A stretch of DNA of 64,000 bases from an uncultured Trueperaceae bacterium (GTDB lineage: Bacteria; Deinococcota; Deinococci; Deinococcales; Trueperaceae). The stretch covers positions 416,001-480,000 of the forward strand of contig CAWCXJ010000006.1 of the NCBI GenBank assembly GCA_963799485.1, written 5' to 3'. This document shows, piece by piece, positions 1 through 9,803 of this stretch. The number at the start of each line of letters is the position of its first letter. Positions within the stretch are counted from its first letter, which is position 1. The notes under the pieces are model-generated. The model was not told where the DNA came from, did not search any database, and saw only the letters and a list, made by a program, of their open reading frames with translations. A program made the position numbers and the translations under genes.

Positions 1-133
1 GCCAGCCACGCCGGAGGCGCAGTTCACCGTCTTGACCGCCCTGTGGTGCCGGGAGCGGCTGAACCCTGACTCTGGGGAGGGCGTGCGCGCGGCGGCGCGT
101 CAGGTCGGGCGCATTAACAGGTCTTAACGCCAT
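1..133 (-). CDS. ftsI: 5' end of probable septal penicillin-binding protein (partial, runs off the window)
   Basis: ATG at 133 overlaps the end of ftsL; frame stays open to base 1 (MALRPVNAPDLTRRR...); assignment by position after mraZ-rsmH-ftsL only. Confidence 0.5.
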   Translation of the reverse strand, partial: MALRPVNAPDLTRRRAHALPRVRVQPLPAPQGGQDGELRLRRGW

Positions 134-444
134 AGGGTATACACCTCCAGCTCGCCCTGAGGCAGCACCACCGTAGGCGCGGGCGCAGGGTTGACTTCGC
201 GGATGTTGAGCGCTTCGGGCGCGGGTACCATGCCGCGTGCCAGCGCCCAGTTACGGACGGCGAGGGTGCCGTTTACGCTCGCCGCGTCGCGGCGCAACCC
301 TTGCAACTGCGCCTGCAGGGTTCTCTTTTGCTGCAACAGATATTCGTGCTGGTAATAGCCCCGCTGGTTTTGCACCCCCAGGTAGGCGAGCACCAGAAGC
401 GCGCTGAGGTAGAGAGCGAGCAAGTTTCTGCTGGACCGGGTCAT
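124..444 (-). CDS. ftsL: Cell division protein FtsL-like
   Basis: One N-terminal TM, coiled coil, W-A-x-x-x-G-M motif; follows rsmH. Confidence 0.7.
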   Translation of the reverse strand: MTRSSRNLLALYLSALLVLAYLGVQNQRGYYQHEYLLQQKRTLQAQLQGLRRDAASVNGTLAVRNWALARGMVPAPEALNIREVNPAPAPTVVLPQGELEVYTLWR

Positions 445-1361
445 AACGGCTCCTCGGAGGTTGTGGGGGACGGTTGCATAAGCTGGGCGACGCGCAGTTT
501 GGCGCTGCGCGACCGTGGGTTGCGGGCGATCTCGGCGTCGGTAGCCGTGAGCGGTTTTTTGTGGAGCGGCGTCAAGAGGGTGCTGCCCTTAAAAAAATGC
601 TTGACGAGACGGTCCTCGAGTGAATGGTAGGTCAGGATCACCGCGCGCCCTCCGGGTGCCAGCGTTCGTGCCAAAGTTGCCAAGGCACTTTGCAACTCAC
701 CGAGTTCGTCGTTGACGGTGATGCGGAGCGCCTGAAAGGTGCGCCGCGCCGGGTGGTCACGGCGGCGTCCGGGCGGGTAGCCGCGCGCGATGATCTCGGC
801 GAGTTCTTGGGTTGTTTCGATAGGTGCGGCTTCGCGCGCTTCGGCAATGCGCCGCGCGATACGGCGGCTGTAACGCTCTTCGCCGTAGCGGAAGATCAGG
901 CCGGCGAGTTCTTCGGTAGACGCGTGGTTGACCAAATCGGCAGCGGAGAGCCCGGTTTTGCCCATCCGCATATCGAGTGGGCCGGCTTGCCGAAACGAAA
1001 ACCCACGTCCCGGTTCGTCTATTTGCATCGACGAAACGCCCAGATCGAGGAGAATTCCGGCAACCGGGGCGACGCCGAGCCGTTCGGCGTGAACCTCTAG
1101 TTCGCTAAAATTACCCTCGGCAAAGAGCAAGTGCCCGGTCTCGAGCGCCGCCGCAAGGGTCGCCGTAGCTAAAAACCGCTGCACGTTCGGGTCGCGGTCG
1201 AGTGCCAGCACCCGCCCACCCGCCGCCAAAATGGCAGTCGTGTGTCCGCCCGCGCCGAAGGTACCGTCGATGTACCAGCCGCCGGGCTTTACAGCCAGGT
1301 ATTCCAGACACTCATCTAGCATCACGGGCGCGTGAGGTGCTGCGCTCATATCAGAAGTCAT
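441..1361 (-). CDS. rsmH: 16S rRNA C1402 methyltransferase
   Basis: HAPVMLDE, DGTFGAGGH, DLGVSSMQID, PLDMRM, HSLEDR, NPRSRSAKLR motifs; start set by ATGA overlap with the mraZ stop. Confidence 0.97.
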   Translation of the reverse strand: MTSDMSAAPHAPVMLDECLEYLAVKPGGWYIDGTFGAGGHTTAILAAGGRVLALDRDPNVQRFLATATLAAALETGHLLFAEGNFSELEVHAERLGVAPVAGILLDLGVSSMQIDEPGRGFSFRQAGPLDMRMGKTGLSAADLVNHASTEELAGLIFRYGEERYSRRIARRIAEAREAAPIETTQELAEIIARGYPPGRRRDHPARRTFQALRITVNDELGELQSALATLARTLAPGGRAVILTYHSLEDRLVKHFFKGSTLLTPLHKKPLTATDAEIARNPRSRSAKLRVAQLMQPSPTTSEEPL

Positions 1362-1786
1362 CCGACCATGCCCTGGAGCAATTCGGGAGCATCGAGGTCG
1401 TCGTGCATCGCTTCGATGGCGTCGCTCCAGCGCGTTTCGTTCCAAATCTCCAGGTGATTCGGCGCACCCGCGACCATCACACTGTTCTCGAGTTCGGCGA
1501 AGGTGCGTAGCGTGCTCGGCAGAGTGATACGGCCTGCCCCGTCGAGTTTGGCGTTGGCGGCTCCGGAGTAAAAGTAGCGCAGAAACTTGCGTGATTTGAG
1601 ATCGGTCATCGGGAGTTCCTCGAGCTGTTTGACGACCCCCGCCCACGCCGTCACGGGAAACACATAGAGACATTTCTCCATCCCGCGTGTGATAATCATG
1701 CCGTGTTCGACGAACGTCCGAAACGGTGGAGGAACGATAACCCGCCCCTTGTCGTCCACCGTATAAGGATATTCGCCAAATGGCAT
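1358..1786 (-). CDS. mraZ: Division/cell-wall cluster repressor MraZ
   Basis: Paired DDKGR / DGAGR motifs, EIW; start MPFGEY. Confidence 0.97.
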   Translation of the reverse strand: MPFGEYPYTVDDKGRVIVPPPFRTFVEHGMIITRGMEKCLYVFPVTAWAGVVKQLEELPMTDLKSRKFLRYFYSGAANAKLDGAGRITLPSTLRTFAELENSVMVAGAPNHLEIWNETRWSDAIEAMHDDLDAPELLQGMVG

Positions 1787-1883
1787 CTTCCACCCGTCCC
1801 CCACCTGAAGTTGCGTACTATTTGGTCTTTGGAGTTCCCCGACCCCGCGACCCACGCCGTTCTCGCTAGGGTAGAGCTTAACA

Positions 1884-1925
1884 CACTTTCCCACGTTCTC
1901 CCACAAGTCCCCACGAACCCTCCAC
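1884..1925 (-). promoter_or_regulatory. MraZ operator (GTGG[G/A] direct repeats, about 10-bp period)
   Basis: Minus strand reads GTGGAGGGTTC GTGGGGACTT GTGGGAGAAC GTGGGAAAGT upstream of mraZ. Confidence 0.8.
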
Positions 1926-2284
1926 TTTTGCCGGCATCCAGGCATGTTTTACCACCAGGGCCCTCTTAAAAAGATGCGCGGTTAATTATCTGTGGGATTG
2001 TAGCGGGCTGGCGGAGGGTATAAATAAGGGGCTCGGCCTCGGTTACGAAGCGCCGTCCAGCCAAAAAAGCGTAGCGGTTTCGCTACGCTTTGGTATCAAG
2101 AACCTCGAGTGCCGGGGGACAGCTTGTCGAAAGAGTGAAAATAGGGGTACGACGAGCACACCCCGTTTTTGACGAACTACGCTGAGTACGCTGTTTACCG
2201 TTACCTGGGGGTTGATAATTACCTGAACCGCCGGGTAAAAACACATCGTCTCAGCTCACCGGTAGTGGGCAATCGGCAGGGTAG

Positions 2285-2644
2285 TTACGCCCCACTATCA
2301 TTCGACTCCGCAGGATTGGTGTCGGGGCTGACGTGCTCCGCCTTGCTTTTGCCGAGCGCGACATAGTGAACGCTGTGGGCAGGAACCGCAAAGGTTGTGT
2401 TGCGAAAACCGACGATTGTCGTTTTCCCTGTGTCAATAGCTTCACAAAGGTCTCGAAGCGCCGCTTCAGCCTCCTCACGCGTGGCGTAATGAGCGTAGTG
2501 AACGCGTGGTAGCGCAGGCGAGTTAAACACAAACGACCTGTGTCCTGCCGGAAGTTCGTTCTTGTCAACGCTGATCTGCGACTGCTCGAGCGGGACCAGC
2601 CCACTCTCTTTAAGCCAGATGATAATTGCGTATACCTCGGCCAT
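2285..2644 (-). CDS. Hypothetical protein (119 aa)
   Basis: ATG with AGGAG RBS; no recognised motif. Confidence 0.7.
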   Translation of the reverse strand: MAEVYAIIIWLKESGLVPLEQSQISVDKNELPAGHRSFVFNSPALPRVHYAHYATREEAEAALRDLCEAIDTGKTTIVGFRNTTFAVPAHSVHYVALGKSKAEHVSPDTNPAESNDSGA

Positions 2645-2845
2645 AATCTACTCCTATCGTAGTTGCCTTTCCCTGCTTGTGAAAACGCGTGCTGGTGTAA
2701 CGATTACAAATACCGCGCGAAGCTCGCAGCTGCTATCCCCGAAGGCGCGCACGGACGCTTTTTCAGCCTCCCAGGTTGATATGCGCGAGCTCGAGCTGAT
2801 CCTCGTTGCTTGTCACCGTCACGTCTTTACCGCTCGACTGCGTTA

Positions 2846-3544
2846 CTAACGCTGCCCCCGGCTCTGATCACCAAGTTGGCGCAAGGTAAAAACTGCCAGT
2901 AGCCCAAAACCTACCTTTGCGACGATATCCAGCACCGTATAGCTAAGCGCCTCCGGCGTCTCGCCGATCAGTCTAAGCCCTTCAGTGCTGAGAATCCAGA
3001 CGACGGGGTAGAGCGTCCAGAGGGTAAGGTGAACCGTCAAAAGGCGATCAAAGGCGGCTGAGTTGTCGGGATAGGTCTCTTTAGCCTGACGACGGTAGGG
3101 CCCGAGAAGCAGATAGACGATGGCGAGGTAAGCGCCCGTACTGACCAGATACCACACATAATTATACGGTTCGGCGACGAGCGTAGCCACGAGGCCGGTG
3201 GCAATCATAAATACGTCCGCACCCAGCAAGGCTGTTACTGTCGGCAGTCGCGAGCGGCCCAATGAGGTGAGCACAAGTACCAGCAGCGGGGTTGATAAGC
3301 CCCAGGTCACGTAGCGTACCCAAACAGTTCGGGTTCCGACACCCTCAGCGGCTTCAAAAGCGCCGTAGCCTGTTGCCATAACCAGGTAAAGTGCACTAGC
3401 AATAAGGCAGATGAAGAAGTTGAGTTGGAAAATCTTCGCTGTCCGTTCGTCTGCAGCTCGAGCCGCGCCGTAACCGAAGTAAAAAGCGCCTGCACTCATG
3501 CTGAACACACCGAACCAGTAAAGCAGTTGCGTCGTTGTTGTCAT
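2846..3544 (-). CDS. Microbial rhodopsin, cyanobacterial-halorhodopsin-like, TSV motif (predicted chloride pump)
   Basis: Seven TMs; helix C RYVTWGLSTPLLVLV; helix F VHLTLWTLYPVVW; helix G DIVAKVGFG with retinal Lys; AAGGAG RBS before ATG 3544. Confidence 0.92.
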   Translation of the reverse strand: MTTTTQLLYWFGVFSMSAGAFYFGYGAARAADERTAKIFQLNFFICLIASALYLVMATGYGAFEAAEGVGTRTVWVRYVTWGLSTPLLVLVLTSLGRSRLPTVTALLGADVFMIATGLVATLVAEPYNYVWYLVSTGAYLAIVYLLLGPYRRQAKETYPDNSAAFDRLLTVHLTLWTLYPVVWILSTEGLRLIGETPEALSYTVLDIVAKVGFGLLAVFTLRQLGDQSRGQR

Positions 3545-3793
3545 AATAGCTCCTTGTGAAGTCCGCGCGGGCATCAGCCCGCGCGGTAGTCGAGTTTGTA
3601 CTAGCTTGAGTTTGTACTGCAATTTCGCGCTGAACCGACGTTGTGGCGCTTTACCTTCTTCGTAACTACGTTTTAGCGTGGCAGCGCGGTGCTCTGTTTT
3701 TGCCCAGAGGTTTTCGAGCCGGTTGACGCCAGCTTCGTTCCAGCGAAGGTTGTGCCCTTGCGTGAACAAGATGCGCCTTCGCTGGGCTGCCTT

Positions 3794-5299
3794 CTACTGG
3801 TTTTGCGTCATGCGCCAGATTGTAGCTGTTCCCGGCTCTGCTTTGAGCCCGGTTTGCGTTACGCTAATGACGCCGAAATCCACGACAAAGAGCGAACCGT
3901 CCGGAGCCCACTCGAGCTGCATAGGCCGCTCCAGCCCACCACCGGCAGTGACCGAGGCAGGCTTGCCGGATTTATTGACCAGAAAATCCGAGACCTCCTG
4001 CGTATCCAGATTGACCCGAATGACCTCGAAACCGGGTAGCTTTTCGCGTAAGCTGCCGATGTTGGTACCAAAAGCTGCAACGAGTGCTTCGTTATTTCCC
4101 AAGTCGAAGTTACTCCCACCCAGCACGAGACCTTGCGCGGCGATATGCGGCTCGAGCTTGACCAGCGGCTGAATAGGCGCTTTGCGGTTGCCGAGCAGCG
4201 TTTGCCGGGTCTTTTCGCTCAGCACAAAGCCGCGCTCGGCACCTTTAAGCTCAAAGCGCGGGTCGGTGATCGGCAGGCCGCTGTAAAAGTCGGGCCAGCC
4301 GTACCAGGCACCCTCTTGCACTTCGTAAATCTGCTCCCAGTCGTTGTAGAGCGGGCGCGGCGGGATAGGGTTGCCCGAGTTTTGCGTGGCGATGAGCCGC
4401 CCGTCGGACGAAAAGCGGTAGCCGTAATCGCTTCGCAGCCCCCAAGCGTAGACTTCCAGGTTTGAGCCGTCCGGGTCGGCCCGCAAAAATGCGCCGTTGC
4501 AAGGGACTTCACCCTTGATGGTCTGGCCTGCCGTCGTTTCGGTACCCAAAGTAACGTAAACACCGGTCAGTTCCGTGTCGCCGACGCTCGGCGTCGAAGG
4601 GTCTTCGACCGGCACGGCGAAGTTCTTGCCGGTCAAGGTTACGTCTTCACAGGGCACCTCTTTGGCACCCGGTTTATTGAGCGCATTGATGACCTCGAGC
4701 CACTCCTGGTCGATAGGGCCGGCGTTACCCTGCGTAGAGAGAAAAAAGTACATTTTGCCGTCGGGCCCGAAGATGACCTTGTCGTTCGGAAAAAAGCCCC
4801 AAGACGGCATCCCGTTGACGATCGTTTTGAACGCACCTGTTTCGGGGTCGAGCGTCGAAACGCGGGTACGGTGTGCTACATATAAAAGCCCGTCATCGGG
4901 GTTAAAGGTCACGCCGGTCACGGGCGGAATCAGACCTTCGGGCATGTCGTTAGATGAGGCGTTCGCGCGGATATCCTTAAACGACACGTTTTTGTCGTAA
5001 ACGACCTTGTTGCTGCCGTCCGGCATGATCTGCAAGATACGCGCGGGTGGAGCCTCGTCGGGTGTCAAGCCGTAGGAGTGATATCCGGTTTCGGCTACAT
5101 AAACCTCTCCGTTCGCCCCAAAGGTGATATCGCTGGCGAAGTTGAGCCCCGACGCTGCGACCGTAAGGGTATAACCTTGCGGAACCTGCACGTCCGCCGG
5201 GTCTTTTTGAATAGGTTCTTGCGCGAACACAGCAGCTGCAAGGAGTGTTGCGCCCATCAACCAAGTTTGCCGCACGGTACTATACCAGTTTCGTTTCAT
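3794..5299 (-). CDS. Exported glucose/sorbosone dehydrogenase-family beta-propeller
   Basis: Signal peptide ending AVFA-Q; FGPDGKMY, AWGLR, YGWPD, GGLERP...PDGSLFVVDFG motifs. Confidence 0.8.
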   Translation of the reverse strand: MKRNWYSTVRQTWLMGATLLAAAVFAQEPIQKDPADVQVPQGYTLTVAASGLNFASDITFGANGEVYVAETGYHSYGLTPDEAPPARILQIMPDGSNKVVYDKNVSFKDIRANASSNDMPEGLIPPVTGVTFNPDDGLLYVAHRTRVSTLDPETGAFKTIVNGMPSWGFFPNDKVIFGPDGKMYFFLSTQGNAGPIDQEWLEVINALNKPGAKEVPCEDVTLTGKNFAVPVEDPSTPSVGDTELTGVYVTLGTETTAGQTIKGEVPCNGAFLRADPDGSNLEVYAWGLRSDYGYRFSSDGRLIATQNSGNPIPPRPLYNDWEQIYEVQEGAWYGWPDFYSGLPITDPRFELKGAERGFVLSEKTRQTLLGNRKAPIQPLVKLEPHIAAQGLVLGGSNFDLGNNEALVAAFGTNIGSLREKLPGFEVIRVNLDTQEVSDFLVNKSGKPASVTAGGGLERPMQLEWAPDGSLFVVDFGVISVTQTGLKAEPGTATIWRMTQNQ

Positions 5300-5377
5300 A
5301 CTTCCCCCTCGTTGGTTGTGGTTTTTGCAGTTCATGTTTAGTGAGCGGCTTTCTAAACGCTGCTCACGGCCTGTAAG

Positions 5378-5731
5378 CTACCGGGACGGGGCCGTGCCAC
5401 TGGCTGCGGCGCTCCGCCAGCCCAGAATAATCACGAGCAGTCCGATCAGCACGTCGTTCCAAAGTGCTGAACTAACTCCGGCGTAACCTAGTACGAACGG
5501 TGCAACGACGAGCCAAGCGCCAAGTACGACGTTCGTCCAACTCATACCGGCTTGGCGAAAGGCACCCCCAACCCGAATCGCGGCGAAAGTAGCGACCGCC
5601 AAGCCCACAATCACGTCGTTCCACAGTGCCGCCGTAACGCCCGCGTAGAGCAGCAAGAACGGCGCGACAAGGAGCCAAAGTTCCAAAAAGATGTTGGTGC
5701 CACTGTCCCAAAGAATCCGCTGCCGGTTCAT
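5378..5731 (-). CDS. SPW-repeat-like small membrane protein
   Basis: Two repeats WLxxAPFxLxY...ALWNDVxxG. Confidence 0.8.
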   Translation of the reverse strand: MNRQRILWDSGTNIFLELWLLVAPFLLLYAGVTAALWNDVIVGLAVATFAAIRVGGAFRQAGMSWTNVVLGAWLVVAPFVLGYAGVSSALWNDVLIGLLVIILGWRSAAASGTAPSR

Positions 5732-5785
5732 CTGTTCCCCCTATCCCCTGAACGTATCCGGCAATTACCTACTGTTGTCGCTTAC

Positions 5786-5926
5786 CTACTGTCGTTGCTG
5801 CCGTGATGCCTGCCGGGCGACGGGTACGCGGGCCAAGCTGTAGCTAGTCGGCAGGTCGGTAGAATCTGCCCGGCGACGTGACCACACCTCACGTAGCTGC
5901 GCAAGCTGCTGAAAAAACCTTTTCAT
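5786..5926 (-). CDS. Possible small protein (46 aa, MKRFFQQLAQLREVWS...)
   Basis: GGGAG RBS then ATG; co-oriented with neighbours; below the ORF-track cutoff. Confidence 0.35.
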   Translation of the reverse strand: MKRFFQQLAQLREVWSRRRADSTDLPTSYSLARVPVARQASRQQRQ

Positions 5927-6112
5927 AAGTTTCTCCCATAAACTCGAGGATTGACCGCTTTCTTTCCGCTGGCCTTATGGCCCAAGCCACCAGTGTGCGA
6001 CCGGTTGTTTTACCGGTAACTCTGCAGCGTGCAACTCCTTACATCATGGCTACCCCCATCGGCCCACTCCGCCATCCCCACTACATCGTCGTCACTTCGT
6101 TTTTAGGTCGGC

Positions 6113-7378
6113 CTAATCGGTCGCCGGTGGGGCCGTTGCCGCCGCTTGAACCCCTGACCCGGTACGCCGCAAACCCTGCACCTCGAGTAGTCCTGCATAC
6201 TCACGCATGGCGTTGTCGGGAACGTTTTCGGCTGATCCCAAAATCCAGGCGAAGTTGAAGACCTGCTGACTCGGATAGGTATAGGTAGGCTTGAGAACGT
6301 CGCCGACGTAGGTGCGCACTACTGCCGGCAACGAACCGTCATCGTTTGTCAGCATGAGTGGGGCGTGCTTACCCATGTGCGAAAGCACGAAACCGGGAAC
6401 TACCTCACGCCAGTCGCTAGGGTTTGCCAGGAGGGTGTTGTGACCGGGTTCGGCGATACCCCAGCCCGCGCCACGTTCGCGTTGACCAAACCACCAACCC
6501 AGCATCCGGCCCGAATCCTTATAGCCCGCCCAGCGAACGGCCATCTCTTGCGGCGTTGTACCGGGGATACGCTGTACGTGACCGTAACGGGCGAGTTCAG
6601 CCATGATCTCCGGCCCGACCACCGACGGCGGCGCGAACACGTAGATATAGGGATAGTTCGGGGCGCGCCGTTCGAGCATTCGTTTTGTGGCCTCGGGTAC
6701 ACCGTTTTCGGTGACGTACGCGAAAGCGTCGCCCGCGTGGGCGTTCCAGCTGGCGGCAGGGAGACTGTACTGAGGCGCTGCTAATGCGCCGATAAAGACG
6801 TTTTCGCGGTGATCGGACTCCATCACTGCAAGAAACTCGTCCAGGACTTCGGTAAAAGCTACCGGATCGGGCGCGTAGATGCGGCGGGTGCTAAGGCCCA
6901 GGTCTGTCTCAATCTCGGTGGCGAGCGTAGCTGCGATGTCGCCGACCAAATAGACCTGCACATTGTTGTCCATCATCACGCCCTCGGGGTCGAGGCGCTC
7001 GAGTTCGTCGCGCGTCGCCTGGGGCAGCGTGGTGCCGCCGCCGCTTACGAAGAGCATCGGCGCGTTGACCGGCATGTGCTGGAGCCGGGTGGTGGCGATT
7101 GCGGTAGCCGGGTCGTCGTCGCGAACCAGCACGACCGCTCCGGGGCGATCTTGGTCTTGCGCAACTGCGTAGATAGCTTGCGAGTAGGCGGTCGCGGTCT
7201 CGAGGTAGTCCGCGCCCGAAAGACGGGCCGTCGTACCGGTCAGTGTCAACATTTCAGCGTTTTGTGTGGCGCTGGCGCTCAGCGGTTCGCCTTGAGGCTC
7301 CCAGGTCGAAACAATCCAGAAAAGCCCGCCAAGCAGTACCACCAGCCCCGCCAGAAAGGTATAAAGCGGTCGGATCAT
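6113..7378 (-). CDS. Membrane-anchored protein, cell-wall-binding-repeat-2-like
   Basis: N-terminal TM; RLSGADYLETA, APMLF, GWGIAEPGH, KHAPLML motifs. Confidence 0.65.
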   Translation of the reverse strand: MIRPLYTFLAGLVVLLGGLFWIVSTWEPQGEPLSASATQNAEMLTLTGTTARLSGADYLETATAYSQAIYAVAQDQDRPGAVVLVRDDDPATAIATTRLQHMPVNAPMLFVSGGGTTLPQATRDELERLDPEGVMMDNNVQVYLVGDIAATLATEIETDLGLSTRRIYAPDPVAFTEVLDEFLAVMESDHRENVFIGALAAPQYSLPAASWNAHAGDAFAYVTENGVPEATKRMLERRAPNYPYIYVFAPPSVVGPEIMAELARYGHVQRIPGTTPQEMAVRWAGYKDSGRMLGWWFGQRERGAGWGIAEPGHNTLLANPSDWREVVPGFVLSHMGKHAPLMLTNDDGSLPAVVRTYVGDVLKPTYTYPSQQVFNFAWILGSAENVPDNAMREYAGLLEVQGLRRTGSGVQAAATAPPATD

Positions 7379-9511
7379 CTACATACTCCCGTTCTTCCAG
7401 CCGCGCCGGGCCATCACGTAGTTTGGAATCAGCGCGGTAAAAAAGCCCATCGCCGCGCCCCACCAGAGCGGTGAGACCCAGAGCCAGATATCTTCTTCGC
7501 TCATCAGACCCTGCCAGTTCATCCACCACCACACCAGCGTCCACATACCGACCGAAGATGCGATCATCGAAATAGCAACCGGCCAGAAACCCTTCTTGAC
7601 CCCCTGCCAGTAGCTCACACCGTGCATTTCGCTCATCATCGGCCCCATGAAAACGAAAGCCGAGATTAAAATCGCCGGTATTACCATGATGAACCACATA
7701 AGCGCCGCCATCGGTGCAGCCAGCCAGAAAAGCGGGGTGAACTCGAGGGCCCGAAAAAGCGGCAAACCGTTGAGTTCAAAAAGGTACATCGACGCGATCA
7801 TCAGCGCCATCCCGATACCCATGCCCATAATCGTGGCTGAAACTGCCCGTGCCCAGGTAGGACGGACGAAGCTGGGCATAGGCCCGTCTTTGTTGACCGA
7901 CCGATTCTGGTAGGCCAAGAAGAAGGCAACGATACCTAGCGGGCCCAGTACCAGCATCGACAGCGGCCAGTAGAGGCGCGGGTAAAAACCCGATTCGGGT
8001 ATCCGCACGGGCATAGCGAAAAGCGCCCAGATCGCCCCGGCAAGCCCGATAAAAACCCAGCTCCAGCCGAGGATCGCCAACCCGCTGGCCCCCTCTACCT
8101 GTTGCCGGTACGGATGCGTTTCCAGAGCTAGATCGGGGCGCGCTTGGGCGTTATAAGAAACGCTTTCGGGGCCGCCGATCACACGTATATTCATAAACGG
8201 CCCGTCGGAGGGCTGGTTGAAAAAATCCGGCCCGAGTCGCCAGACGTACTGATCGGTCAGTTCGTCGAGATCGGCTTGCGGCGTATACAGCAGTGGCCCG
8301 TAATTGCCGAGGTAAGCCAGCGGCAGCCCCGCTGCCGCAAAGCCGGAATCCGCCGGATTTGTGAGGGTAAAGTAGTAGTAGCCGTCTTTCTCCAGGTTTT
8401 CGTTCATCCCCCAGCCGAAATCGCCCCAGCGTCCTCTCGCCCAGAGCAGTGCGTGGCGGTAGAGGCCGTCGGCGGCGACGCGCTCGACGTTGCCGAAGGC
8501 GCGTAGCGGCGCTAGTGCACCGTTACCTATCAGCCGCGAGGGGGCGGCTACCAAGATGCGCTTGTTTCGCACACCGTTTAACGCGCCGACAGCTTCTGCA
8601 AGCGTCAGGACGGGCGCACGAAAGTGCGCCGCAGCGTAGGCGGCGGGGAGTGCGTAGGCAGGTTCCGTGTCGGCGACGACCACAATAACCGGACTCTCCC
8701 GGACAAGCGCGGCTTGTGCTGCTGCAAGGTCTGGCGACGCTCCCTCGGCCCCGTAAACGAGCGTCAGTCCCTGCGCGGCGGCGAGCGGCGCGAGTTGTGC
8801 CGCCGCCAGCGGGTCAGCGGGTACGTTCGCCGTATTGCCGCCCACCATCTCGGCCACTGCGACCCCGGCTGCCACCGGCGTGTCGGCAGGTACGCGCTGC
8901 ACGTTCTTGAGGGTGTAACCGAGGCGCGCCCCCTGATCGGAACCGTTACCGTAATCTGCCGACAAAAACCAGATGTAACCCAGCGCCGTCAGCAGCACGC
9001 CGGTGGTGAGTACGCTAATAAGCCAGGCGAGAACGCGGTTTAAGCTCAGCCGCTGCTTGGGCGACGGTGTTTTTGTAGCATCTTCACCGTGAGAACGTTC
9101 AACCAAGTTGCCGCCGTAACGCCGCGCCAGACTGCTTACGCTGTCGTCCGTGTCAGCTACCGTAACGTGGTAGCCGGACGTGTGCGAGGGTTTAACGGGC
9201 TCGAGGGCCACGAGACCACCCAGCAGTGCGCCGAGGCTCCCGCCGAATATCGACAAAAGTGCCGTCACCGCGCCCAGTGGCGCAGCAAAAAGCGGCTCGA
9301 GCCGCGGCAGCCCTACCATTCCTGCCTCGGCAAACGCACCTAAAAGGCCGAATAACGTCCCGCCGACAAGTGCGCTGAGCGCAGCCGTGCGAAACGCCTG
9401 CCGAGTTACCGGCTTTGTGGCGCCGCCAAGTTTGACCTGATGACCGGCAGTGCGCACCTCAACCGAAAAGTTGTAGGCGGCCTCTGCCGATGGAAATTCA
9501 ACTGTACTCAT
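7379..9511 (-). CDS. Multidomain membrane protein: Gly-zipper N-terminus, CWB2-like middle, Met-rich DUF4396-like C-terminal TM bundle
   Basis: 710 aa; WPLSMLVLGPLG and final GFFTALIPNYVMARRGWK resemble DUF4396 proteins; middle domain shares motifs with 6113..7378. Confidence 0.6.
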   Translation of the reverse strand: MSTVEFPSAEAAYNFSVEVRTAGHQVKLGGATKPVTRQAFRTAALSALVGGTLFGLLGAFAEAGMVGLPRLEPLFAAPLGAVTALLSIFGGSLGALLGGLVALEPVKPSHTSGYHVTVADTDDSVSSLARRYGGNLVERSHGEDATKTPSPKQRLSLNRVLAWLISVLTTGVLLTALGYIWFLSADYGNGSDQGARLGYTLKNVQRVPADTPVAAGVAVAEMVGGNTANVPADPLAAAQLAPLAAAQGLTLVYGAEGASPDLAAAQAALVRESPVIVVVADTEPAYALPAAYAAAHFRAPVLTLAEAVGALNGVRNKRILVAAPSRLIGNGALAPLRAFGNVERVAADGLYRHALLWARGRWGDFGWGMNENLEKDGYYYFTLTNPADSGFAAAGLPLAYLGNYGPLLYTPQADLDELTDQYVWRLGPDFFNQPSDGPFMNIRVIGGPESVSYNAQARPDLALETHPYRQQVEGASGLAILGWSWVFIGLAGAIWALFAMPVRIPESGFYPRLYWPLSMLVLGPLGIVAFFLAYQNRSVNKDGPMPSFVRPTWARAVSATIMGMGIGMALMIASMYLFELNGLPLFRALEFTPLFWLAAPMAALMWFIMVIPAILISAFVFMGPMMSEMHGVSYWQGVKKGFWPVAISMIASSVGMWTLVWWWMNWQGLMSEEDIWLWVSPLWWGAAMGFFTALIPNYVMARRGWKNGSM

Positions 9512-9543
9512 CTTCCCCCTAACCTAAATATGTTCAGCTTCGA

Positions 9544-9780
9544 CTAAGTAAGGTCTCGCTCAAGCCGGACAAACTCTTCGGCGGTAATCTCACCCCGTGC
9601 ATAACGCTGCCGGACGATCTCGAGCGCGACACTTTTGTCGGTTCCCTGTTCCCTTACCGTCAAAGCATTTTCGCCTTGCGGGAACATTATCTTTATGAGC
9701 CAGATTACCAACGCCACAAGTCCCACAAGTAACACCGATATCCAAACAAAGCTGAGATCCATCATGCCGGAGCTCATCAC
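9544..9780 (-). CDS. SHOCT-domain membrane protein with Met-rich N-terminus
   Basis: ALEIVRQRYARGEITAEEF; one TM; GGAGG RBS. Confidence 0.9.
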   Translation of the reverse strand: MMSSGMMDLSFVWISVLLVGLVALVIWLIKIMFPQGENALTVREQGTDKSVALEIVRQRYARGEITAEEFVRLERDLT

Positions 9781-9803
9781 GAACGCACCTCCCTAGCCAC
9801 ATC

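Noticed and set aside
441..1793. 450-aa N-terminally extended RsmH
   Set aside because: The extension is an alternate frame of mraZ; the real start is at 1361 or 1349.
3545..3769. 75-aa N-terminal extension of the rhodopsin
   Set aside because: A good RBS precedes ATG 3544 and homology starts there.
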